In this document: piece after piece, positions 28,930 through 38,076 of the stretch
Layout of the letters: every line of letters begins with the position of its first letter
Numbering within the stretch: the stretch's first letter is position 1
Origin: an uncultured bacterium
GTDB taxonomy: Bacteria > Babelota > Babeliae > Babelales > JABCYS01
Direction of reading: 5' to 3'
NCBI GenBank assembly: GCA_963705705.1
Contig: CAVPKK010000007.1
Coordinates: 96,001-160,000, forward strand
DNA: 64,000 bases
Translations under genes and position numbers: made by a program
The notes under the pieces: model-generated
Seen by the model: only the letters and a program-made list of their open reading frames with translations
Told to the model about the DNA's origin: nothing
The model's database searches: none

Positions 28930-30438
28930 ATGAAGCACATAAATTATATAGCTGGAATATTGATGCTAGCCCTGGCCGATTCGTCGCAGGCTATTTCCTT
29001 CCATGACTATTATCATGGCAATGCGGAATTAGGTATCCCGCCTCATGAGAAAGAGGTCAATGCCGCCGTTGCAACCGGTCATTTGAGATTAAATGATAAA
29101 GGCCTCACTGATCTAATCGGTTTCGATGAGGTTCCTGGTTTGAATACACTTCGAATAGTTGATTTCTCTTATAACCGGCTCACTGAACTCCCCAATAATA
29201 TTTTTCATGGCCTGACTGCGCTTGAAAGGCTTTATCTCAATGCCAATCGGTTTAGCTCACTTCCACAGGATATCTTTCATGGCTTAATTGCACTTCAAGA
29301 ACTTTTTCTTTCCAACAATCGGTTCGCTGCACTCTCAGAAAATATTTTCCATGGTCTAACTGCGCTTCAAGACCTGTATCTCAATGACAATCAGCTTGCC
29401 ACGTTTCCGGTTAACATCTTTCATGGGCTCACGGCGCTTCGATTACTTTATCTCAGTAGCAATCGGATTGATGCACTTCCGGAAAACATCTTTCATGGAC
29501 TAACGGCGCTAACTTCAATTTATCTTTCATTTAACCAACTCATAGTACTTCCAGAAAATATATTCCACGGCTTAGCCGCACTTCAAGATCTACATCTCGG
29601 AGACAATCTGCTCTCCACGCTCCCTGCTAATATATTCAACGGAGCAGATGCCCTTATATTAATCTATCTCGAAAACAATCCAATTCCTTTTACAGAAGCA
29701 CAGTTACGCAAGAAATTGCATTATGCTGGGATGTTACATTTTAAAACTCCAGAGCAAAAACAAGCGGAAAAGAAATTATTTACTGCGATAAGAAACGCCG
29801 ACGCTTCTGTCGCGCGCAAGCAGCTTGATAATATTGAAACTGGAAAGGTCCGCACAGAGCTAGACGAGCAAATAGTCGTCTCGAAAATACTGGATGCCAA
29901 TGGCGATAATTTATTGCATGCGGCTATAAGAGATGCTGCAGAAAGAATTAAGGTTATAGACGGTATGAGTGTTGGCTTACCAGAAGACGAGAAGAAGGTA
30001 GTAAAACAACTACAAACCGAACAGAAAAAAGAGATCAATGATCGCTACATGAAAATCGTAAGCGCCATTCTTTCCTGTGGCGATGAATGCGTACAAAATA
30101 TGCTCTTTACTCGAAATGCTCAGGGGCAAATGGTAGTTGATGCAATGGTAGCCAAACTTGGTTTCGGTAGTCCAATAACTCAAGCAATACTTTCGGTTTT
30201 AACGCCAGAAGAATCCGCCGTCGATCATCCTGAACTTGGCGAAAGTCGGGAAAAGAAAATACGCATGGAAGAAACTGAAGAAATGACGCCTGTCCGACCA
30301 AAGCGGACATTAGAGCAAGTAGCTCCAGAAGAAAAACCCGCCGAGGCCATGGCAGATGTTGAAGCAATTGAAAAAGAACAAGAAGAAGAAACTGAAGGAA
30401 GAAAACGCCAAAAGCCTAATCAATCAGAAGAGCAGTAA
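28930..30438 (+). CDS. Exported LRR protein, array member 3 (7 LRR, NLS-like tail)
   Basis: Start reset to MKHINYIAG by homology to its paralogues. Confidence 0.9.
   Translation: MKHINYIAGILMLALADSSQAISFHDYYHGNAELGIPPHEKEVNAAVATGHLRLNDKGLTDLIGFDEVPGLNTLRIVDFSYNRLTELPNNIFHGLTALERLYLNANRFSSLPQDIFHGLIALQELFLSNNRFAALSENIFHGLTALQDLYLNDNQLATFPVNIFHGLTALRLLYLSSNRIDALPENIFHGLTALTSIYLSFNQLIVLPENIFHGLAALQDLHLGDNLLSTLPANIFNGADALILIYLENNPIPFTEAQLRKKLHYAGMLHFKTPEQKQAEKKLFTAIRNADASVARKQLDNIETGKVRTELDEQIVVSKILDANGDNLLHAAIRDAAERIKVIDGMSVGLPEDEKKVVKQLQTEQKKEINDRYMKIVSAILSCGDECVQNMLFTRNAQGQMVVDAMVAKLGFGSPITQAILSVLTPEESAVDHPELGESREKKIRMEETEEMTPVRPKRTLEQVAPEEKPAEAMADVEAIEKEQEEETEGRKRQKPNQSEEQ
30214..30249 (+). 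repeat. Degenerate family A palindrome as a 36-bp in-frame insertion (SAVDHPELGESR)
   Basis: cgatcatcctgaacttggcgaaag resembles 53584-53610; absent from the aligned site in paralogue 30454-32010. Confidence 0.65.
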
Positions 30439-30453
30439 AAAGGCGGGAGGAAT

Positions 30454-32010
30454 ATGATGAAGCGCATAAATTATATAGCAGTAATTTTCATTCTAGCCAT
30501 GGTTGGATCAGCGCAGGCTATTTCCTTCCATGACTATTACCACGGCAATGCGGAATTAGGAATTCCGCCGCATGAGAAAGAGATCAATGCCGCCATTGCA
30601 ACCCGTCATTTGAGATTAATTTCCAAAGGCCTCACTGATCTAATTGGTTTCAATGAAGTGCCTGGTGTGGCTGCACTTCGAGAAGTTGATTTCACTGATA
30701 ACCTGCTCACCGAACTTCCTAATAATATTTTTCATAATCTTCCTGCGCTTGTAATTCTTAATCTCAATGGTAACGAACTTAACTCACTGCCACGGAATAT
30801 TTTTCATGGTTTAACTAAGCTTGAATACCTTTATCTTCAGAGTAACAAGCTCACGGCTCTGCCAGAAAATATCTTTCATGGGCTAACTGCTCTGCTAGAT
30901 TTACATCTTGCAAGTAATCAGCTCACTACGCTCCCAACTAATATTTTCAGCGGCTTAACTGCTCTTGAAATGCTGGATCTTGGAAGAAACCCGCTCACAG
31001 AACTACCGGAAAATATCTTTCATAATTTAAAACGGCTTCAAATACTTTTATTAAATGATAATCAGCTCGCCACCCTTCCAGAGAATATTTTCCAGGGATT
31101 AACTGCACTTAGAGATCTTTATCTCTATGATAACGAACTTACTACACTTGCCGATAACATTTTTCACGGTCTAACTGCGCTTCAATCGCTTAATCTCAAC
31201 AACAACCAATTCACTGCCTTATCGGCTCATATTTTTAATGGACTAACGATCCTTGAAGATCTCCATCTCGAAAATAATCCAATACCTTTAACCCAAGCAC
31301 AATTGCGCAAGGAATTACAATTGCCCGGCAGTGTTGAATTATTGTTTAAAACCCCAGAACAACAACGTGCGGAGCAAGAGTTATTTACTGCTATTGAAAA
31401 TGCCGATGCTTTGGCGGTGCGCCAGCGGCTCGTTGATATTAGAGCCAGGTGGTCTCATACGGAACGCGGTTTTCGCACAATCATCTCCAAAATAAGGGAT
31501 GCTAATGGCGATAATATATTGCATGCGGCTATAAAAGATGCGGCAGAAAGAATTAGGCTTATAAATGGTATGAGTGCTGGATTACCAGAAGGTGAGAAGC
31601 AGCTAGTTAAACAAGTACAAGAGGAACAAAAAAGAGAGATTAATGACCGCTATATGAAAGTAATACGTGCCATTTTTTCTTGCGGCGAACTTTGCGTACA
31701 AGACATGCTCTTTACTCCCAATGCTGAAGGCCAACTGGTTATTGATTCAATGGTAGCCAAACTTGGTTTCGATAGCCCAATAACCCAGGCAATATTTTCT
31801 GTTTTAAACCCAGAAGAGGAAAAGAAAATACGCATGGAAGAAGCTGAAGCGTTAACACATGCCCGGCCAAAGCGAACGCTCGAGCAACCAGCACCAGAGA
31901 CGGAAAAACCGAAAGAATCCATGGCAGATGTTGCGGCAGTAGAAAAAGAACAAGAAGAAGAAGCTGAAGGTAGAAAACGACAAAGGCATAATGAGCCAGG
32001 CGCACAATAA
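30454..32010 (+). CDS. Exported LRR protein, array member 4 (8 LRR, NLS-like tail)
   Basis: Same architecture; ends RPKR...GRKRQR. Confidence 0.9.
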   Translation: MMKRINYIAVIFILAMVGSAQAISFHDYYHGNAELGIPPHEKEINAAIATRHLRLISKGLTDLIGFNEVPGVAALREVDFTDNLLTELPNNIFHNLPALVILNLNGNELNSLPRNIFHGLTKLEYLYLQSNKLTALPENIFHGLTALLDLHLASNQLTTLPTNIFSGLTALEMLDLGRNPLTELPENIFHNLKRLQILLLNDNQLATLPENIFQGLTALRDLYLYDNELTTLADNIFHGLTALQSLNLNNNQFTALSAHIFNGLTILEDLHLENNPIPLTQAQLRKELQLPGSVELLFKTPEQQRAEQELFTAIENADALAVRQRLVDIRARWSHTERGFRTIISKIRDANGDNILHAAIKDAAERIRLINGMSAGLPEGEKQLVKQVQEEQKREINDRYMKVIRAIFSCGELCVQDMLFTPNAEGQLVIDSMVAKLGFDSPITQAIFSVLNPEEEKKIRMEEAEALTHARPKRTLEQPAPETEKPKESMADVAAVEKEQEEEAEGRKRQRHNEPGAQ

Positions 32011-32058
32011 AAAACTCTCGCTGGGCAACAATATCACCTGGCATTACTGATAATTAGC

Positions 32059-33132
32059 TTAAAACTTACAAAGCGTTTTATTGCACACAATCTTATCAAT
32101 TTCAGAACGACATGAAGGTACGCCGGTAAAGAATGCGGCACGGGGCAAAAGTGATGCATCATCACTAAAATTCCCCTCGAAATTACACTTACCAATATAA
32201 TACGTGGTCACATTTGCCATGCAAAAACCAAACAAAAAGTTATTGAGACAATCTATACCAGCAATTACCATGCGATGTATGCGATTCTGTGTTAGTAAAC
32301 CGGCCATCTGAATAAATGGCGAAGGTCCCATGCCGAACATTGGGCTTTCGCCGATGCACAAGCCGCCTACACCAAATGGCAGGTCTCCTTCAGAAGTTGG
32401 CTTATAGTGTTTCGGTCGAAGATAGAAAGAGGCCAAGTTACCGCAGTTTTTAATGGTAATATCCAACATACAAATATCTGACGTATGGCCAAGTACGCGG
32501 ATACCATATTGGCTAAAGCCATCGATTACTGCAGAATTGCCAATGATATTGATTCCTTTAAGACCAATTTCCTCAGGATCTGTGCTTTCAAAAAGCACAT
32601 CGGGAATCAAAATGCCCGTGATGAATGGCGCCTGATTAGATGGTTTCCTTGCGCCCGAGTACCAAGGAATTTCTGATGCATCCGTAAAGCCAGCATGTGT
32701 CAGCTTATGAGCATTTAAAAACAAGGTAACATTGGATGCCTTAATGGTAATAGCAGCTCTTATCTGCCCCGCTTGAGGTGGTTCAGGGTTGAAGACAATG
32801 TCTTCTTTCAGATAATAGTCTCCAGGCGCATCGATCACCAATCCTTTGGAACCAATATCCTTTTGCCCAATGGCAATTGCATTTTTATCAATCGGCAAAG
32901 ACCGTAATTCTTCAATTTTTTGCAGATTCACAGCAAGGAAATTATCATCGATATCAAATAACAACAGCTCAGGATCAGGGCGGCCAATTCTTGAATCGAT
33001 AACATACATCTCCCGCCGAGGGCGTGTTAACGGCGAATTCAATCCATCAGGATGCTCGGAAGCTTGACGACTTATTAATGATAGGTTCATCGGTAAAGAA
33101 ATAAACAAAATGAGTTTTATGTAATTTTTCAT
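32059..33132 (-). CDS. Exported beta-helix-type protein related to 16541-18601
   Basis: LVIDAPGDYYLKEDI...AAITIKASNVTLFLN matches the entry motif of 16541-18601; signal-like N-terminus. Confidence 0.65.
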   Translation of the reverse strand: MKNYIKLILFISLPMNLSLISRQASEHPDGLNSPLTRPRREMYVIDSRIGRPDPELLLFDIDDNFLAVNLQKIEELRSLPIDKNAIAIGQKDIGSKGLVIDAPGDYYLKEDIVFNPEPPQAGQIRAAITIKASNVTLFLNAHKLTHAGFTDASEIPWYSGARKPSNQAPFITGILIPDVLFESTDPEEIGLKGINIIGNSAVIDGFSQYGIRVLGHTSDICMLDITIKNCGNLASFYLRPKHYKPTSEGDLPFGVGGLCIGESPMFGMGPSPFIQMAGLLTQNRIHRMVIAGIDCLNNFLFGFCMANVTTYYIGKCNFEGNFSDDASLLPRAAFFTGVPSCRSEIDKIVCNKTLCKF

Positions 33133-33141
33133 TTTTGGTAC

Positions 33142-33169
33142 AAAAAAACCGCCATCCGAAGACAGCGGT
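33142..33169 (-). terminator. Intrinsic terminator after rpsT
   Basis: accgctgtc-TTCG-gatggcgg followed by T7; cUUCGg tetraloop. Confidence 0.85.
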
Positions 33170-33193
33170 CCTAAAATTTATAACTTAAATAAA

Positions 33194-33460
33194 TTATTTT
33201 GAAGCTACTGCTACGCGGTGAGCCAGGCGGCCGATGCGGCGGGTAGCATTGCGCGGGTGCAATAGTTTTTTATTCTTTGCGCGCGCAAGTTGTGCTTCAG
33301 CATCACGCATTAAGCTTTGTGCTGCGGTAAAATCTTTTTTATCCAACGCATCCATTACTTTACGGATGGAAGTCTTAACCGCAGATTTGCGCGCGGTGTT
33401 AATCGAGCGACGGGTAACATTTTTACGAGCTTGTTTTTTTGACGAGGCTAAATTTGCCAT
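33194..33460 (-). CDS. rpsT: 30S ribosomal protein S20
   Basis: MANLASSKKQAR...N..RKSAVKT...LHPRNATRR. Confidence 0.95.
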   Translation of the reverse strand: MANLASSKKQARKNVTRRSINTARKSAVKTSIRKVMDALDKKDFTAAQSLMRDAEAQLARAKNKKLLHPRNATRRIGRLAHRVAVASK

Positions 33461-33465
33461 GTTGA

Positions 33466-33687
33466 TTATCCTGCTTGAGTCTTACCAGAAAGAACCTTTT
33501 GGACCTTGCCGGCTTTTACGCACTTAGTGCAAACAGCACCACGGTGCACTTTGTTTTCTTTGCCGGGAAGGGTATAGCGCATCGAATGGGTATTTGGATA
33601 AATCCAACGTTTTACCCTGTTGTTTGCATGGCTGACATAGTTGCCAACCGTTGGTCCTTTATCACAGATGTTACAAATGCGAGCCAT
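33466..33687 (-). CDS. rpmB: 50S ribosomal protein L28
   Basis: MARICNICDKGP..GNYVSHANNRVKR..YPN, CTKC. Confidence 0.95.
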   Translation of the reverse strand: MARICNICDKGPTVGNYVSHANNRVKRWIYPNTHSMRYTLPGKENKVHRGAVCTKCVKAGKVQKVLSGKTQAG

Positions 33688-33753
33688 GAGATTCCTTGTT
33701 ATTACTTAATAATGAGCTGACATCTTACTTAAATATCAGCTTTTTTCAATCAA

Positions 33754-36396
33754 TTACGATAGTTTGAACTGCTCACGAGGGGTAATACCGAGTAACTCGT
33801 ATATTTCCCCAGCGTAAAGGGTTTCTTTTTCCAAGAGTCTTTTGGCCAATACATCAAGCTTATCGCGGTTTGTATGCAATAGATCCTTAGCGCGATCATA
33901 GCACTGGTTAGTAATGCTACGGATCTCCTCATCAATCAGCTGGATAGTATGTTGTGAGAGGTAGCGGAAGTCTGAATATGATACCAGGCCAAGTTTTTCC
34001 GACATCCCATAGTTCACTACCATGTTACGAGCCACCGAAGTAGCTGCTTGGAAGTCACTTGCCGCACCCGTTTCAAGGCGCTTAAATACCAGCTCTTCCG
34101 CGGCACGACCGCCAAGGGCAGAAGCTATGCTAGCGAGCATATGCTCTTTATCCCTGGTATATGATTCCTTTTCCGGCAATGAGTGGGTAACACCCAGGGC
34201 TCGGCCACGCGGAATAATGGTAATTTTATACAGCGGATCTGAATGCTGAGGCAATAGAAGACGAACTAAGGCATGGCCCGCTTCATGGTATGCCGTCACT
34301 TCAAGCTCTTCTTTGGTGAGTATCTTAGATTTACTCTCTTTACCCAAGAGAATCCTATCGCGTGATTCTTCAAAATCAGACAACGTTGCCATATCTTTAT
34401 CAAGCTTGGATGCATTGATCACCGCTTCATTGATCAGGTTTGCAAGGTCAGCACCGGTAAATCCAGGAGTACCGCGCGCCATCGCATCGAAATCGATTGT
34501 CGGATCAATCTTCTTGTTTCGAGCATGCAACTCTAGAATCTGCTTACGAGAAATATAGTCCGGATACGGCACTTCAACTTGGCGATCGAAACGGCCAGGA
34601 CGAAGTAACGCCTTATCCAATACTTCTGGGCGGTTTGTTGCACCCATAATAATAATTGGTCCGGCGGTCATGGTATCAAAGCCATCAAGCTCGGTGAGTA
34701 ATTGGTTCAGGGTTTGAGAATGTTCTTGAGATCCACCACCCTCATACATACGTTTGCTTCCGATCGCATCAATTTCATCCATAAAGATGATGGCTGGCGC
34801 ATGACGCCGAGCGGTGACAAAGAGCTCACGAACGCGGGCTGCACCCACCCCAACGTATTTTTCTACAAATTCGGAACCACTGGCGTGGAAGAACGGCACG
34901 TTCGCTTCGCCAGCAACGGCTTTAGCTAATAAGGTTTTACCATTGCCCGGTTCACCGGTAAGCAATACACCTTTTGGCATCTGCGCGCCAAGCCGCTTAT
35001 ATTTCTCTGGGTTTTTCAAGAAATCAACGACGTCATGCAACTCTTCCTTAGCCTCGGTTGCACCGGCCACGGCATTAAAGTTCAATTTCATTTGCGCCGG
35101 CATGAGCATCTTTGGCGTATAAACGCTCTTTTCTGCAGATGTCTTGGTGCCATCGGTTGCATGTGATTGCAGGATATTTTTGTGCGCTTCTTCAAAATCT
35201 TCTTGCGTTACGGCCGAACGATTTGCTTTGGAGGCATTAATTGCCGCAATATTAACCAAATTGGCTAGATCACTACCACTAAAGCCAGCGGTAACTGCTG
35301 CCATTTTGCCTAGGTCAACTTCAGGATCAAGCATAATTGATGCAGCATGGATCCAAAGAATTTGTTCACGATCTTTAAGATCTGGAAACGGAACGGTTAC
35401 TCGTCGATCGAAACGACCAGGGCGGAGCAATGCTTTATCAAGCACATCCGGCATATTGGTAGCGGCAAGCACAATCAATGGTGGTGCCTCGCCGGTTTCA
35501 AAGCCATCCATTTCCGTCAAAAGTTGGTTTAGGGTTTGCTCACGTTCATCATGGCCACCGCCAAGACCACTGCCGCGCATGCGACCAATGGCATCAATTT
35601 CATCAATAAAGATTATGGCAGGAGCATATTTGCGTGCTTGAGCAAAGAGGTCGCGAACGCGAGATGCGCCAACGCCAACGAATACTTCTATAAAGTCGGA
35701 GCCTGTAATACTAAAGAAAGGAACCCCAGCTTCGCCGGCTACTGCCTTTGCCATGAGGGTTTTGCCGTTGCCCGGCTCCCCTACTAATAGTACGCCACGG
35801 GTAACCTTAGCTCCAAGGCGTCGGTATTTTTCAGGGTTTTTAAGATAATCGACCACATCCTTGAGCTGCTCTTTTGCCTCGCTTGCGCCGGCAATATCGC
35901 CAAATTTGGTCTTGATGGTGTGGGGCATAAAGATACGAGCTCGGCTTTTGCCCATGGAGAAAATAGTGCCGCCGCCACCGCCTGAATTGCGGGACTGGCG
36001 ATAGAGGAATATGCCTATGCTTATCATTGCCAATAGGGAGAATAGACCGCCTAATACCAGGCCGAGGCTCCATTGGGCGGCAGGAGAGCCAATATTTACT
36101 TCAACATTGTTGGTTTTGAAGAAATCCCAGTCGTGATAGCCTTCGGGCAATAGGGTCTCGAAATGTTCCCCGGTAGTGAGCTGGCCCCATACATCCTGGC
36201 CGGCTACCCTGATAGTCTTAATTTCGTGTTGCTCTACCTTTTTCAAGAAACTGGTATAGCTGAGCTGTTTGACCTGTGTTATTGATTCATTCAGCTTAAC
36301 AACAGCCAGTAGACCGACCATCATTAGGCCGATTATCAAGAGTAAGTTTCGTGGCGCGCCTTGGAAGAATGGTGGGCGTTTCGCTCGCTTTTTCAT
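33754..36396 (-). CDS. ftsH: FtsH zinc metalloprotease with two tandem AAA+ domains
   Basis: Start MKKRAKRPP; two TM helices; GEPGNGKT twice, DEID twice, RPGRFDR twice; one HEAGH M41 domain. Confidence 0.93.
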   Translation of the reverse strand: MKKRAKRPPFFQGAPRNLLLIIGLMMVGLLAVVKLNESITQVKQLSYTSFLKKVEQHEIKTIRVAGQDVWGQLTTGEHFETLLPEGYHDWDFFKTNNVEVNIGSPAAQWSLGLVLGGLFSLLAMISIGIFLYRQSRNSGGGGGTIFSMGKSRARIFMPHTIKTKFGDIAGASEAKEQLKDVVDYLKNPEKYRRLGAKVTRGVLLVGEPGNGKTLMAKAVAGEAGVPFFSITGSDFIEVFVGVGASRVRDLFAQARKYAPAIIFIDEIDAIGRMRGSGLGGGHDEREQTLNQLLTEMDGFETGEAPPLIVLAATNMPDVLDKALLRPGRFDRRVTVPFPDLKDREQILWIHAASIMLDPEVDLGKMAAVTAGFSGSDLANLVNIAAINASKANRSAVTQEDFEEAHKNILQSHATDGTKTSAEKSVYTPKMLMPAQMKLNFNAVAGATEAKEELHDVVDFLKNPEKYKRLGAQMPKGVLLTGEPGNGKTLLAKAVAGEANVPFFHASGSEFVEKYVGVGAARVRELFVTARRHAPAIIFMDEIDAIGSKRMYEGGGSQEHSQTLNQLLTELDGFDTMTAGPIIIMGATNRPEVLDKALLRPGRFDRQVEVPYPDYISRKQILELHARNKKIDPTIDFDAMARGTPGFTGADLANLINEAVINASKLDKDMATLSDFEESRDRILLGKESKSKILTKEELEVTAYHEAGHALVRLLLPQHSDPLYKITIIPRGRALGVTHSLPEKESYTRDKEHMLASIASALGGRAAEELVFKRLETGAASDFQAATSVARNMVVNYGMSEKLGLVSYSDFRYLSQHTIQLIDEEIRSITNQCYDRAKDLLHTNRDKLDVLAKRLLEKETLYAGEIYELLGITPREQFKLS

Positions 36397-36504
36397 CTTT
36401 TGTACCTCATTTATATATTCTTTAGGAAGGTAAAGTATAGTACAATCTGGCAATCTTATAAACTGGTTGGACAAGCTTTGGCCACGGCCTAACCCTGGAT
36501 ACCC

Positions 36505-36870
36505 ATGGATCCAAACCCACTCAATACCCGGCAAAAAGGCGCAATTGGCGAACAGATCGTAGCCGACTGGCTGCAAGCCAAAGGGTTCAAGATCTTGGAT
36601 ATGAACTTCAATTGTAGAACCGGCGAACTTGATATTGTAGCCATAAAAGATGACCTGGTGGCCATGGTTGAAGTAAAATCCCGGGAAGAAGTGACTGCCC
36701 TACTAGCCGACTTGGTTCCCTGGCGGAAACAACAACGCATCATAAGCGCCGCTCGGTTTTGGTTAGCCAAAAACCAAATCGGGGATCGATCAATTCGCTT
36801 TGATGTTGCGATTGTTGAAGGCGACCTCCTAAAACAGTATATTCCTAATGCTTTTGCGCCGGACTATTAA
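36505..36870 (+). CDS. YraN / UPF0102 family putative endonuclease
   Basis: GAIGE..VA..L...G..I...N, GELDIVA, VEVKSR, RFDV. Confidence 0.9.
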   Translation: MDPNPLNTRQKGAIGEQIVADWLQAKGFKILDMNFNCRTGELDIVAIKDDLVAMVEVKSREEVTALLADLVPWRKQQRIISAARFWLAKNQIGDRSIRFDVAIVEGDLLKQYIPNAFAPDY

Positions 36871-36916
36871 ATCAAATCAAAATTGACGGACTTCTGCATC
36901 TGAAAATGACTTAGAA

Positions 36917-36953
36917 CGCGCTCATCCTGAGTTTATCGAAGGATCGTAGCGCG
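36917..36953 (+). repeat. Family A palindrome
   Basis: cgcgctcatcctgagtttatcgaaggatcgtagcgcg. Confidence 0.92.
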
Positions 36954-37035
36954 AATAAAATATCGAATTCGAGATGATCCAATTAATTTGCTAAAATCAA
37001 TTAAAACAATTAGTAGGACCAATTAGGACTAAACA

Positions 37036-37395
37036 ATGTCAGATCAAACAACAACAGTTGCTGAGTTAAAAGAAAAATTCAAAAAATTCGTCGATGAGCG
37101 CGATTGGAATCAATTCCATACGCCCAAAAATCTAAGTATGGGGCTTTCGTGCGAAGCGGCTGAGCTCATGGAACATTTTCTCTGGATTACGGATGAAGAA
37201 TCAAAAAATGTATTAGAGAAAAAGAGAGTTGAGATTGAGCATGAGTTGGCCGATGTTGTAATTTATGCCTTAGCATTTAGCAATCAAAGCAATATCGATT
37301 TATCGTCAGCGATTGATCGCAAACTCCAGCACAATGCAGAAAAATATCCGGTAGAAAAAAGCAAAGGCCGATCTACCAAATATACTGAGCTGTAA
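37036..37395 (+). CDS. MazG-like nucleotide pyrophosphohydrolase (dCTPase-like)
   Basis: ERDWNQFHTPKNL, EAAELME, ELADV, KYPVEK. Confidence 0.9.
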   Translation: MSDQTTTVAELKEKFKKFVDERDWNQFHTPKNLSMGLSCEAAELMEHFLWITDEESKNVLEKKRVEIEHELADVVIYALAFSNQSNIDLSSAIDRKLQHNAEKYPVEKSKGRSTKYTEL

Positions 37396-37397
37396 TA

Positions 37398-37955
37398 ATG
37401 CCGCGAGTACGCCTTTTTATTGCTATTGATGTGCCACCAGAAATCTGCCAACAGCTTGCACAGATTCAAGAGCAGATTAAACAGAGCAATATTATTGAAG
37501 GATCGTTCGCTCGCCCGGAGCAACTGCATGTGACGCTCAAATTTATTGGTGAAGCGGATGAAAATTTAGTCCCTGAAATCGTATCGCGATTGAACACAAT
37601 CACCCTGCCGTCGTTCACTACAGAGTTAAATAAACTTGGTTATTTTGTAACCCGCCACCGCGAGCCGATCCTTTGGGTTTCGCTCGAACCAAGTCAGATG
37701 CCAGTATTAGCTCAATACATCGAAAATGCACTGGCAGATATACTCCCCCGAACCACGCAAGCATTTGCAAATCATGTCACCTTAGTACGCGCAAAAAGAA
37801 TAATAGACCAAGATAAGTTCACTGATTTTGTGCGGGATTTTAAAATCGGACCGCAGATTCCATTCTGGGTCACCGAATTTGTGCTGAAATCTTCTATTAC
37901 GTATGCCGCAGGCGCTGAACATACCATAATTGAACGCTTTTCGCTGAACGTTTAA
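37398..37955 (+). CDS. thpR: RNA 2',3'-cyclic phosphodiesterase (2H phosphoesterase)
   Basis: RLFIAID start; two HVTL motifs. Confidence 0.88.
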   Translation: MPRVRLFIAIDVPPEICQQLAQIQEQIKQSNIIEGSFARPEQLHVTLKFIGEADENLVPEIVSRLNTITLPSFTTELNKLGYFVTRHREPILWVSLEPSQMPVLAQYIENALADILPRTTQAFANHVTLVRAKRIIDQDKFTDFVRDFKIGPQIPFWVTEFVLKSSITYAAGAEHTIIERFSLNV

Positions 37956-38076
37956 TCATTTAAAACATAATCATCCAGAATCACATCACGCAGCTCCAAT
38001 AATATCTTGATATTGTTGATCTATACATACTAGAATAAACAGTGGCACAAGCATCATAGTCAAACATTGGATTTGG

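Noticed and set aside
26375..32010. Diversity-generating retroelement acting on the LRR array
   Set aside because: No reverse transcriptase and no template/variable repeat pair with adenine-specific differences was seen
36397..36576. 60-aa N-terminal extension of FtsH in the ORF track
   Set aside because: It overlaps the divergent yraN gene; a GAGG RBS precedes the Met at 36396
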